Assembly (NCBI RefSeq): GCF_003333265.1
Contig: NZ_QOLB01000034.1
Coordinates: 38,452-62,451, forward strand
Direction: 5' to 3'
Length of the DNA: 24,000 bases
Source of the DNA: Candidatus Halocynthiibacter alkanivorans
GTDB lineage: Bacteria > Pseudomonadota > Alphaproteobacteria > Rhodobacterales > Rhodobacteraceae
The notes below the pieces were generated by a model that worked only from the letters and a program-made list of their open reading frames with translations, was not told the origin of the DNA and ran no database searches. Below, one piece after another: positions 17,185 through 24,000 of the stretch (the stretch's first letter is position 1; each line of letters starts with the position of its first letter). Both the position numbers and the translations under genes were made by a program.

Positions 17185-17996
17185 CCAGCAGCGCAACCAA
17201 ACTCCCAGCCACAGCCATGGTCGCGAGTGCTGATACGGTCGCGGACGACGCTACCGTTGCTGATGCCTCCATGATCGCGGACGCAACCACGGGCGCTGGT
17301 GCCAGGGGAGCGGGCACAGCAAAAGCCCCAACCGCATCCAAGGTCGCGAGTGCTGATACGGTCGCGGAGGAAGCTACCGTTGCTGATGCCTCCATGATCG
17401 CGGACGCAACCACGGGCGCTGGTGCCAGGGGAGCGGGCACAGCAAAAGCCCCAACCGGAGCCACCGACCCGGGCGCAGCTATGAGCGCGGGTGCCATGGG
17501 GCTGGGCAAGGGGCAGGTTGAAGCTACCGTTGCGGACAGCGTCCCGTCACTGGAGCAGGTCTGGAGTTGGCTTGACACCGTGCCCGATCCGGAGATCCCG
17601 GTGATCTCGCTGGTGGATCTGGGCATTATCCGCGACGTGGCCTGGCAGGGCGACACCCTGGTTGTCACCGTCACCCCGACCTATAGCGGATGCCCGGCGA
17701 CCAGCATTATCAACCTGGACATCGAGACTGCGCTGCGCGGTCATGGCATCGAGACGCTGCAGATAAAGCGGCAGTTGTCACCGGCCTGGACCACCGACTG
17801 GCTGTCAGACGCCGGGCGCGCAAAATTGGAAGATTACGGCATCGCCCCACCGCAACCCGCAGGTGGCCCCGAGCGTTGTCCCAATTGCCAGGCAACGGCG
17901 CTGAGCCGGGTCAGCCAGTTTGGTTCCACCCCGTGCAAGGCGCTGTGGCGCTGCGACAGCTGTCTGGAACCGTTCGATTATTTCAAGTGTATCTAG
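17178..17996 (+). CDS. paaD: Phenylacetate-CoA oxygenase subunit PaaD (DUF59/SufT-like core) with an atypical repeat-containing N-terminal extension
   Basis: The C-terminal ~160 aa are collinear with E. coli PaaD as I recall it (VPDPEIPVISLVDLGIIRDV, TPTYSGCPAT, LSPAWTTDW, CPNC, FGSTPCKALWRCDSCLEPFDYFKCI). ATG 17178 overlaps the paaC stop (ATGGTAG). Later in-frame ATGs at 17481 and 17496 would give a conventional ~165-170 aa protein, so the start is uncertain. Confidence 0.8.
   Translation: MVASSATKLPATAMVASADTVADDATVADASMIADATTGAGARGAGTAKAPTASKVASADTVAEEATVADASMIADATTGAGARGAGTAKAPTGATDPGAAMSAGAMGLGKGQVEATVADSVPSLEQVWSWLDTVPDPEIPVISLVDLGIIRDVAWQGDTLVVTVTPTYSGCPATSIINLDIETALRGHGIETLQIKRQLSPAWTTDWLSDAGRAKLEDYGIAPPQPAGGPERCPNCQATALSRVSQFGSTPCKALWRCDSCLEPFDYFKCI
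17219..17464 (+). repeat. Tandem direct duplication: two copies of a 123-bp unit, in frame with paaD
   Basis: Segments 17219-17334 and 17342-17457 are identical at 114 of 116 nt (the differences are GACGAC versus GAGGAA). The offset is exactly 123 bp, or 41 codons. A third partial match, GAAGCTACCGTTGC, lies at 17520-17533. Confidence 0.95.
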
Positions 17997-18007
17997 GGAA
18001 GAGATCT

Positions 18008-19084
18008 ATGCCCCGTTTTCACGCGCTTACTGTGACCAATATCCACAAAACCATCCGCGACGCGGTGGTGTTGACGCTTGCCCCTGATGCCGGTGCAACC
18101 GGTGATTTTGAATTTATCCAGGGCCAGTATCTGACCTTTCGCCGCACCTTTGACGGCGAGGAGCTGCGCCGCTCATATTCGATCTGTGCCGGGGCGGATG
18201 AGGGTATTTTGCAGGTTGGCATCAAACGTCTTGAGGGCGGTACATTTTCGACCTGGGTCAATGAAGAGCTGCAGGTTGGGGACCGGGTCGAGGCGATGCC
18301 GCCGATGGGCACCTTCCACATTCCGGTTGGGGAGCGCGACGGCAAACACTATCTGGGCTTTGCCGGTGGTTCGGGTGTCACCCCGGTGCTGTCGATCCTG
18401 AAAACGGTTCTGACACGTGAACCGAAGTCACAATTCACCCTGGTCTATGCCAATAGGGGGCTGAATACGGTGATGTTCCGCGAGGAGTTGGAGGATCTGA
18501 AGAACCTCTATCTCGGTCGTCTCAGCATTGTGCACGTGCTGGAAACTGATGCCCAGGATATTGAGCTGTTCACCGGTCTGGTGGACGCGGAAAAATGCGC
18601 GCAGCTGTTCAAATACTGGATCGATATCAAGTCGGTGGATACCGCGTTTATCTGTGGGCCGGAGCCGATGATGCTGGGCATTGCGCAGGCGTTGAAGGAG
18701 CACGGCCTGGGCGAAGATCAGATCAAATATGAGCTGTTTGGCACCGGTCAGCCGGGCCGGGTCAAACGCAAGGCAGTTGCCGTCGGTGCGGCAGATCGTG
18801 CGGGCACAGCGCAGGTCAGTGTCACCATGGACGGGGCGCGGCGCGCGTTCACCATGCCCAAAGACGGGGTGACCCTGCTGGAGGCGGCGATTGAGAACAA
18901 CATGGATGCGCCGCACGCCTGCAAGGCCGGCGTTTGTGCGACCTGTCGCGCCAAAGTGCTGGAGGGCGAGGTGGAAATGGTCAGCAACCACGCGCTGGAG
19001 GATTATGAGGTGGCGCAGGGCTATGTACTGACCTGTCAGTGTTACCCGCTGTCCGATACGCTGGTGCTGGATTACGATCGGTAG
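18008..19084 (+). CDS. paaE: Phenylacetyl-CoA epoxidase reductase subunit (FNR-like FAD/NAD domains plus a C-terminal plant-type 2Fe-2S ferredoxin)
   Basis: 358 aa from ATG 18008. Motifs RSYSIC (FAD binding), GFAGGSGVTPVLS (NAD binding) and CKAGVCATCRAKV...LTCQ (2Fe-2S). The track ORF starting at 17690 overlaps paaD in another frame and I disregarded it. Confidence 0.9.
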   Translation: MPRFHALTVTNIHKTIRDAVVLTLAPDAGATGDFEFIQGQYLTFRRTFDGEELRRSYSICAGADEGILQVGIKRLEGGTFSTWVNEELQVGDRVEAMPPMGTFHIPVGERDGKHYLGFAGGSGVTPVLSILKTVLTREPKSQFTLVYANRGLNTVMFREELEDLKNLYLGRLSIVHVLETDAQDIELFTGLVDAEKCAQLFKYWIDIKSVDTAFICGPEPMMLGIAQALKEHGLGEDQIKYELFGTGQPGRVKRKAVAVGAADRAGTAQVSVTMDGARRAFTMPKDGVTLLEAAIENNMDAPHACKAGVCATCRAKVLEGEVEMVSNHALEDYEVAQGYVLTCQCYPLSDTLVLDYDR

Positions 19085-19136
19085 CACCGGGTCATTTGCG
19101 GCGCGCGGCGCAAGTGTCGCCAGCGCCGTCTGACAC

Positions 19137-19170
19137 AAAAAAATCCCGACCGTCAGGGCCGGTTTTTTTT
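19137..19170. terminator. Probable bidirectional rho-independent terminator between convergent paaE and paaR
   Basis: An A7 run (19137-19143), an imperfect GC-rich hairpin CCCGACCGTCAGGGCCGG (19145-19162) and a T8 run (19163-19170). The stem has a mismatch. Confidence 0.5.
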
Positions 19171-19196
19171 GCATTTTTGAAGGTCTGGTCGGGCGC

Positions 19197-19790
19197 TCAG
19201 GCGGTGATGCCGTGCAGCACCAGGTCGGCGACGCGGGCTGCATAAGAGGTGCGCGCTTCGGTACTGTTGTCGCGGCTCCACATGTAGTGCCAGTTCAGCA
19301 TGCCAAAGACCGACATGGTGGTCTCGTGCAGGGCAATCTTGTCGTCTGCGAATTTTTGCGGTGCCACGGACCTTACCGCCGCGGACATCTGCAACACCAT
19401 ATCGCGCTGATAGCCGCGCAGGGTCTTTTGCTGTTCAGGCGGCAGCGCGCGCAGGCTTGAGGACTGCACGCTGTGTTCGGCATCCGCGCCCTGATAGGCC
19501 AGCAGCACCTCGGTGATGAGGGCGCGCAGATGTTGCTGCGGGTCCTGGCCTGCGCCATTCACCGCCGCCAGCCGGTCCCGCAGGTCTTCAAGATAGCGGT
19601 CGAGCAGATCGTAAAGCAGCGCGTCTTTGCCGCCGTAATAGTGGTAGATATTGGCCTTGGAGATGCCGCAGGCCTTGGCCAGCTGGCTCATTGAGGCGCG
19701 GTCAAAGCCGTGTTCGGCAAACACTTTTGCTGCCGTTTTCAGGATCTGACCACGTTTTTCGCTGTAGTCTTTGGCAATGGTTCTGGCCAC
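19197..19790 (-). CDS. paaR: TetR-family transcriptional regulator, PaaR-type (putative repressor of the paa genes)
   Basis: 197 aa with a GTG start 2 nt after the paaK stop. HTH region RGQILKTAAKVFAEHGFDRASMSQLAKACGISKANIYHYYGGKDALL. Its position as the last gene of the paaG-I-K operon supports the call. Confidence 0.75.
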   Translation of the reverse strand: MARTIAKDYSEKRGQILKTAAKVFAEHGFDRASMSQLAKACGISKANIYHYYGGKDALLYDLLDRYLEDLRDRLAAVNGAGQDPQQHLRALITEVLLAYQGADAEHSVQSSSLRALPPEQQKTLRGYQRDMVLQMSAAVRSVAPQKFADDKIALHETTMSVFGMLNWHYMWSRDNSTEARTSYAARVADLVLHGITA

Positions 19791-19792
19791 GT

Positions 19793-21103
19793 CTATTCCT
19801 TCGGACGGTTGTCAATGACACGCTGCGCTTTGCCTTGTGAGCGCGCAACACCGCCGGGGTCTGCGACATTGATCTCGGTGGACACCCCTACAACATCTTT
19901 GATGCGTTTGGAAAGCATGCGCGCAGCGGCGTTTTTGCCAGCCTCATTGGCGGAGCCGGGTTCCGCTTCAACAAAGACGCGCATTGCGTCCATACGGCCG
20001 GCGCGGAACAGTTCGATCTGGAAATGCGGCGCAAGGCCGCCGGTGGCGAGCACCTGTTCTTCGATCTGGGTCGGGAACACGTTGACGCCGCGCAGGATCA
20101 TCATGTCGTCTGAGCGGCCGGTGATTTTCTCCATCCGGCGCATGGAGCGCGCGGTGCCAGGCAACAGCCGGGTCAGATCGCGGGTGCGGTAGCGGATCAT
20201 CGGCAAGCCTTCTTTGGTCAGCGTAGTAAAGACCAGTTCGCCCATTTCGCCGTCGGCGACCGGCTCACCGGTCTCCGGGTCGATGATCTCGGGGTAAAAA
20301 TGGTCTTCCCAGATGTGCAGTCCGTCTTTGGTCTCGACACATTCGCTGGCGACACCCGGGCCCATGATTTCGCTGAGCCCGTAGATATCCACCGCATGCA
20401 TGTCAAAGGCGTCTTCGACCTCCTGGCGCATGGCGTTGGTCCAGGGCTCAGCGCCAAATACACCGACCTGGAGTGAGCAGTCGCGCGGGTCCAGCCCGCG
20501 GCGGTGGTACTCCTCAAGGATGTTGAGCATATAGGACGGGGTGACCATGATGGTGTGCGGTTTGAAATCCTCGATCAGCGTCACCTGGCGCGGGGTCTGG
20601 CCGCCGGACACCGGCACCACAGTGGCGCCAAGCCGTTCGATGCCGTAATGGGCACCAAGGCCGCCGGTGAACAGACCGTAGCCATAGGCGTTGTGCACAA
20701 TGTCGCCGGCGCTTGTGCCCGAAGCGCGCAGGCTGCGGGCGACCATATCGGCAAACACATCGATGTCGTTTTTGGTATAGCCCACCACGGTGGCCTTGCC
20801 GGTGGTGCCGGAAGAGGCGTGTAAGCGCACGATCTGTTCCCGTGGCACCGCAAACAGGCCAAAAGGGTAGTTGTCGCGCAGATCATTTTTCACCGTGAAA
20901 GGGAATTTGGTCAGATCGGCCAGCGACTTCAGATCATCCGGGTGCACCCCGTGCTCATCAAAGCGGGCGCGGTACATCGGCACATTGTCATAGGCGTGTT
21001 TCAGCGACCATTTCAGCCGCGCGAGTTGCAGCGCCTGGATTTCATCGCGGGAGGCGATTTCAATCGGGTCCGGATCGGCTTTATATGCGCTCAGGTCTTT
21101 CAT
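19793..21103 (-). CDS. paaK: Phenylacetate-CoA ligase
   Basis: 436 aa from ATG 21103 (GGGAGA Shine-Dalgarno; the track start at 21214 adds 37 codons that overlap paaI). AMP-binding motif SSGTTGKATVVGYT. Typical PaaK segments include FPFTVKNDLRDNYPFGLFAVP and GRSDDMMILRGVNVFPTQIE. Confidence 0.92.
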   Translation of the reverse strand: MKDLSAYKADPDPIEIASRDEIQALQLARLKWSLKHAYDNVPMYRARFDEHGVHPDDLKSLADLTKFPFTVKNDLRDNYPFGLFAVPREQIVRLHASSGTTGKATVVGYTKNDIDVFADMVARSLRASGTSAGDIVHNAYGYGLFTGGLGAHYGIERLGATVVPVSGGQTPRQVTLIEDFKPHTIMVTPSYMLNILEEYHRRGLDPRDCSLQVGVFGAEPWTNAMRQEVEDAFDMHAVDIYGLSEIMGPGVASECVETKDGLHIWEDHFYPEIIDPETGEPVADGEMGELVFTTLTKEGLPMIRYRTRDLTRLLPGTARSMRRMEKITGRSDDMMILRGVNVFPTQIEEQVLATGGLAPHFQIELFRAGRMDAMRVFVEAEPGSANEAGKNAAARMLSKRIKDVVGVSTEINVADPGGVARSQGKAQRVIDNRPKE

Positions 21104-21122
21104 TCTGTTCTCCCTGTCTTTT

Positions 21123-21554
21123 TCATTCCTGAAAAAGCTGTCCTTTGATCGCGCGCGAATAACCGCGGAATTCTGCGATTTTTTCGCCGTTCTGGTTGCT
21201 GACGGTGACGTCATAGATGCCGTTGCGCCCGGTGAGGCTGACCTCTTGTGCGGAGGCCGTCAACTGGTCTCCCAGGTTTGCGGGGGCAAGATAGCTGATC
21301 ATATTGTGCTGCGCGACGGTGGACTGGTTGCGGCTGTTGCAGGCGAAGGCAAAACAGCTGTCGGCCAGCGCAAAGGTGATGCCGCCGTGGCAGATGCCGT
21401 GGCCGTTGGCGTGCTGGGGCTGCACCGTTAGGCTGAGCACGGCCTGGCCTTCATCGACGCTTTCGATCTTCATACCAATCCATTGCGAGGCTTTGTCGCC
21501 CTCCCACATGGCGGCGGCGGATTGTTCGGCGCGCTGCTTTGGTGTGAGGCTCAT
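21123..21554 (-). CDS. paaI: Hydroxyphenylacetyl-CoA thioesterase (hotdog fold) PaaI
   Basis: 143 aa. HGICHGGITFALADSCFAFACNS is the typical PaaI hotdog motif. The start overlaps the paaG stop (ATGA). Confidence 0.88.
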   Translation of the reverse strand: MSLTPKQRAEQSAAAMWEGDKASQWIGMKIESVDEGQAVLSLTVQPQHANGHGICHGGITFALADSCFAFACNSRNQSTVAQHNMISYLAPANLGDQLTASAQEVSLTGRNGIYDVTVSNQNGEKIAEFRGYSRAIKGQLFQE

Positions 21555-22390
21555 TCTGCGGTCTCCGGTTTTTTGTCAGTATTTTGTCCGGCATTTTGGC
21601 CGGAGCTTTTGCCGGTGAAGCTGGCGGGGCGTTTTTGCAGGAAAGCGCTGACGCCCTCGGCATAATCGGGCGTTTCGCCACATATCTTCTGGTTTCTGGC
21701 CTCCAGATCAAGCTGGGCGTCGAGCGTGTTTGCCGCCGCCGCCTGGATAAGCTCTTTGGTGAGGGCAAAGCCCACGGTGGGGCCGTCGGCAAGCTTTGCT
21801 GTGAGCGCGCGGGCCTCTGCCATCAGGTCGTCGTCTGCCACGGCCTTCCAGATCAGCCCCCAGTCGGCGGCGGTTGTGGCGTCCAGTGGTGCGGCGGTCA
21901 GGGTGAGCGCTTTGGCGCGGGCTTCGCCGATCAGGCGGGGCAGGGACCAGCTGCCACCGGCATCCGGCACCAGACCCACTTTGGCAAAAGATTGAATAAA
22001 GCGGGCGCTTTTCGCTGCCAGCACGATGTCACACGCGAGTGCGATATTGGCGCCAGCACCGGCGGCGACGCCGTTCACCGCGCAGATCACCGGGAATTCA
22101 AGCGACCGGATCAGCCGGATCAGCGGGTTGTAAAAGGTGGAAATCGTGTGGCCCAGGTCGGGCGGGCCGTCCATTTTGGCAGGATCCCGGTTACCCAGAT
22201 CCTGGCCGGCACAAAAGCCGCGACCAGATCCGGTGAGCAACACGGCGCGGACGCCATTGTCACGCGCCCGTGCAAGCTCTGCCCTCAGCGCCATATGCAT
22301 TTCCTCATTGAAACTGTTCAGCCGCTCTGGGCGGTTCAAGGTAATTTCTACCCAGTTGCAATGGGTTACAGAGATGATTGTGGCGCTCAT
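21551..22390 (-). CDS. paaG: 1,2-epoxyphenylacetyl-CoA isomerase (crotonase family) PaaG
   Basis: 279 aa from ATG 22390. It is collinear with E. coli PaaG as I recall it (LNRPERLNSFNEEMH, GRGFCAGQDL, VICAVNGVAAGAGANIALACDIV, DYAEGVSAFLQKRPASFTGK). An additional 18-aa hydrophilic C-terminal tail is present. The track start at 22429 is 13 codons upstream. Confidence 0.88.
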   Translation of the reverse strand: MSATIISVTHCNWVEITLNRPERLNSFNEEMHMALRAELARARDNGVRAVLLTGSGRGFCAGQDLGNRDPAKMDGPPDLGHTISTFYNPLIRLIRSLEFPVICAVNGVAAGAGANIALACDIVLAAKSARFIQSFAKVGLVPDAGGSWSLPRLIGEARAKALTLTAAPLDATTAADWGLIWKAVADDDLMAEARALTAKLADGPTVGFALTKELIQAAAANTLDAQLDLEARNQKICGETPDYAEGVSAFLQKRPASFTGKSSGQNAGQNTDKKPETAE

Positions 22391-22431
22391 TTTGGGCTCT
22401 CTTGGCTGTGTTTCAATAAGTTCTTGCATAA

Positions 22432-22445
22432 ACCGGACGGTTGGT
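22432..22445 (-). promoter_or_regulatory. Second copy of the paa-promoter motif (candidate PaaR operator) in the paaG/fused-dehydrogenase divergent region
   Basis: The minus-strand reading ACCAACCGTCCGGT matches ACCGACCGTACGGT (13872-13885) at 12 of 14 positions. It contains the inverted arms AACCG/CGGTT (22431-22442). It lies in the spacer after a plus-strand TTGCAT (22424-22429), and ATTAAT follows about 18 nt later. Confidence 0.4.
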
Positions 22446-22492
22446 CAATTAATTAATGGAACCTTGATTCGAGCAAATGGAGCCCCGTGGCC

Positions 22493-24000
22493 ATGCAGCA
22501 ATCTTCGCCAGTCTCTGTCCGTCATGACGGTGATATCGCCTGGGTGGTGGTGGATAATCCGCCGGTGAACGCGACATCTCTGGCGGTGCGGCAGGGGTTG
22601 CGGGATGCGGTTGCGCTGGTTGCAGGGGCGAAGCTGGCGGTGCTGGTTTGCGAAGGCAAAACTTTCATTGCCGGGGGCGATATGTCGGAGTTCGACGCCG
22701 CGCCTGTTGCGCCGCATCTGCCCGATGTGGTGCAGATGATTGAAGACAGCGCTACGCCGTTTCTGGCGCTGATGCATGGCAACGTGTTGGGCGGCGGGTT
22801 CGAGATTGCCATGGGTTGCGCCTGGCGCATTGCCGCTGCGGGCACGCGCTTTGGCCTGCCGGAAGTGAATGTCGGCCTGATCCCGGGCGCCGGCGGCACC
22901 CAGCGTCTGCCGCGTCTGATTGGTCTGCTGCCCGCGATTGATGTGGCTTGTTCCGGCAGATTGCTGAAAGCAGAGGACCTGCTGCGGATGGGCGGTCTTG
23001 ATGCTGTCGAGGCGGGGGATCTGCAGCTTGCGGCGCGCGCATTTGCCGAGGCGCTGCCGGTGCGGCCGGTACCGCTGCGGCTGCGCCCGGTGGCGGCGGT
23101 TGAAGAAGCGGCCATTGAGGCCAAACGCGGTGATATTGCGAGGAAATCGAAAGGTCAAAAGTCGCCCTTGCTGAATCTTGAGGCGCTGTTGTGGTCTGCG
23201 CTTCCGTTTAAAGAGGCGCAGGCAAAGGAAAGGGCGCTGCATCTGGCGCTGCGGGGTTCGGAGCAAAGCCGGGCGTTGCGCCATGTGTTTTTTGCCGAAC
23301 GTGCAGTGGTGAAGCCGGCGGCGATTGCTGGTGCCACGCCCCGGGATGTGCGTCATGTCGCTGTGGTTGGCGGCGGCTTGATGGGGGCGGGCATTGCAGT
23401 GGCGACGCTTGGCGCCGGCTGTCAGGTCACCCTGATTGAACGCGATGCGGATGCGGTCAGCGCAGCGCAGCAACGTGTTGTCTCATTGCTGGAGGGCGCA
23501 CTGCGCCGGGGCAAGATCAGCGCGGCAAAGATGTCTGCTCAGCTGGCGGAGTTTCGCGCCAGTGACGATTATGCCGACGCGGGCTCTGCCGGTCTGGCGA
23601 TTGAAGCGGTGTTTGAGGATGTCGCGGTGAAACGGGCGGTTTTTGAGCGCCTGGCCGGGGTGATGCGCGCGGATGCGATACTGGCGACCAATACGTCATA
23701 TCTTGATCCCGGGCTGATTTTTGCCGGCATTGCGAACCCAGGCCGCTGTCTGGGTCTGCATTTTTTCAGCCCGGCCCATATTATGAAGCTGCTGGAAGTG
23801 GTGGCGTTGCCCGGGACGGATGCGGACGTGCTGGCCACTGGTTTTGCCTTTGGCAAGCGCCTGCGCAAAGTGCCGGTTCTGTCGGGGATCTGTGACGGGT
23901 TTATCGGCAACCGGATGCTGGCCGCCTATCGCCGGGAAGCCGATTGCCTGCTGGCCGAGGGGGCGCTGCCGTACCAGGTGGACGGCGCTATGCGGGCGTT
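22493..24000 (+). CDS. Fused enoyl-CoA hydratase / 3-hydroxyacyl-CoA dehydrogenase (FadJ/FadB-like; probable PaaF+PaaH function), 5' part; continues past the right edge
   Basis: Absent from the ORF track because there is no stop in the window. My manual translation from ATG 22493 stays open to position 24000. It begins MQQSSPVSVRHDGDIAWVVVDNPPVNATS. The crotonase motifs are GKTFIAGGDMSEF, GNVLGGGFEIAMGC and LPEVNVGLIPGAGGTQRLPR. The NAD Rossmann motif VAVVGGGLMGAGIAVA follows, then the HACD segments NTSYLD, GLHFFSPAHIMKLLEVV and DGFIGNRM. Confidence 0.85.
   Translation, partial: MQQSSPVSVRHDGDIAWVVVDNPPVNATSLAVRQGLRDAVALVAGAKLAVLVCEGKTFIAGGDMSEFDAAPVAPHLPDVVQMIEDSATPFLALMHGNVLGGGFEIAMGCAWRIAAAGTRFGLPEVNVGLIPGAGGTQRLPRLIGLLPAIDVACSGRLLKAEDLLRMGGLDAVEAGDLQLAARAFAEALPVRPVPLRLRPVAAVEEAAIEAKRGDIARKSKGQKSPLLNLEALLWSALPFKEAQAKERALHLALRGSEQSRALRHVFFAERAVVKPAAIAGATPRDVRHVAVVGGGLMGAGIAVATLGAGCQVTLIERDADAVSAAQQRVVSLLEGALRRGKISAAKMSAQLAEFRASDDYADAGSAGLAIEAVFEDVAVKRAVFERLAGVMRADAILATNTSYLDPGLIFAGIANPGRCLGLHFFSPAHIMKLLEVVALPGTDADVLATGFAFGKRLRKVPVLSGICDGFIGNRMLAAYRREADCLLAEGALPYQVDGAMRA

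Noticed and set aside
17219-17464. Possible CRISPR-like or other array, given the near-identical repeats
   Set aside because: There are only two directly abutting 123-bp copies with no spacers. They are in frame within a coding region, and no cas genes are present. This is a tandem duplication, not a CRISPR array.
16859-17674. 271-aa minus-strand ORF spanning the paaC end and the paaD repeat, itself showing a repeated Ala/Ser/Pro-rich sequence
   Set aside because: It mirrors the 123-bp duplication. It is antisense to conserved paaC and paaD core codons, and nothing independent supports it. The sense frame runs directly into the conserved PaaD domain.
17690-18007. The track ORF extends paaE 106 codons upstream (464 aa)
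   Set aside because: The extension overlaps the conserved paaD core in another frame and has an Arg/Pro/Ala-rich composition. PaaE homology begins at MPRFHALTV (ATG 18008), which has its own ribosome-binding site.
19145-19162. The heptamer CGACCGT in the paaE/paaR terminator hairpin resembles the left part of the putative PaaR motif
   Set aside because: Only 7 nt are shared, and the right half (CGGT) is missing. Its position between convergent gene ends fits a terminator stem, not an operator.
21551-21607. 18-aa hydrophilic C-terminal tail on PaaG (SSGQNAGQNTDKKPETAE, with a GQN-A-GQN mini-repeat) beyond the usual FTGK terminus
   Set aside because: It probably results from the stop codon being displaced to the ATGA overlap with paaI. 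It is too short and too low in complexity to assign a function.
22445-23473. 342-aa and 200-aa ORFs on the minus strand (the only track entries in this area)
   Set aside because: They are Arg/Gln/His/Pro-rich with no motifs. The plus strand encodes a convincing crotonase/3-hydroxyacyl-CoA dehydrogenase fusion that is simply open-ended, and so was not listed in the track.
1-24000. Search for mobile elements, integrases, tRNA/rRNA genes, CRISPR arrays, toxin-antitoxin or defence-type genes, or an obvious compositional island
   Set aside because: I found none. Every long ORF on the supported strands belongs to a well-known catabolic, transport or regulator family. I saw no terminal inverted repeats or target-site duplications. 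The three modules being next to each other is not, by itself, evidence of a novel system.

Overview
The window reads as a roughly 57-60% GC alphaproteobacterial segment. A marine Rhodobacteraceae origin is only a low-confidence guess from gene content. It is densely coding and made of three catabolic modules, each with its own regulator.

(1) Positions 1-7962, polyamine uptake and catabolism. On the minus strand: a potA-like ATPase (partial) and a potF-like binding protein. On the plus strand: a divergent GntR regulator, then a puuA-like gamma-glutamylpolyamine synthetase, a spuC-like aminotransferase, a puuB-like FAD oxidase and an aldehyde dehydrogenase.

(2) Positions 8073-13328, an amine-demethylation-type module. 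A dimethylglycine/sarcosine-dehydrogenase-family flavoprotein lies divergent to a BetI-like TetR gene. That TetR gene is translationally coupled (ATGA) to a trimethylamine-dehydrogenase-family enzyme.

(3) Positions 13920-24000, a phenylacetate (paa) cluster. paaJ-paaABCDE is on the plus strand and is convergent with paaG-paaI-paaK-paaR on the minus strand. A divergent fused enoyl-CoA hydratase/3-hydroxyacyl-CoA dehydrogenase gene runs off the right edge and is missing from the supplied ORF track.

I saw no rRNA, tRNA, CRISPR, transposase, integrase or recognisable defence/toxin system, and I cannot support a claim of a wholly new system. The features least explained by standard annotation are:
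- an in-frame 123-bp tandem duplication that gives PaaD an unusual N-terminal extension of about 115 aa;
- a 14-nt motif shared by the two paa promoter regions, a putative PaaR operator;
- candidate operators for the GntR and BetI-like regulators;
- a long intercistronic hairpin between the potF-like and potA-like genes;
- a spacer of about 590 bp with no gene, upstream of paaJ.

All homology statements come from reading the translations by eye. No database search was run.
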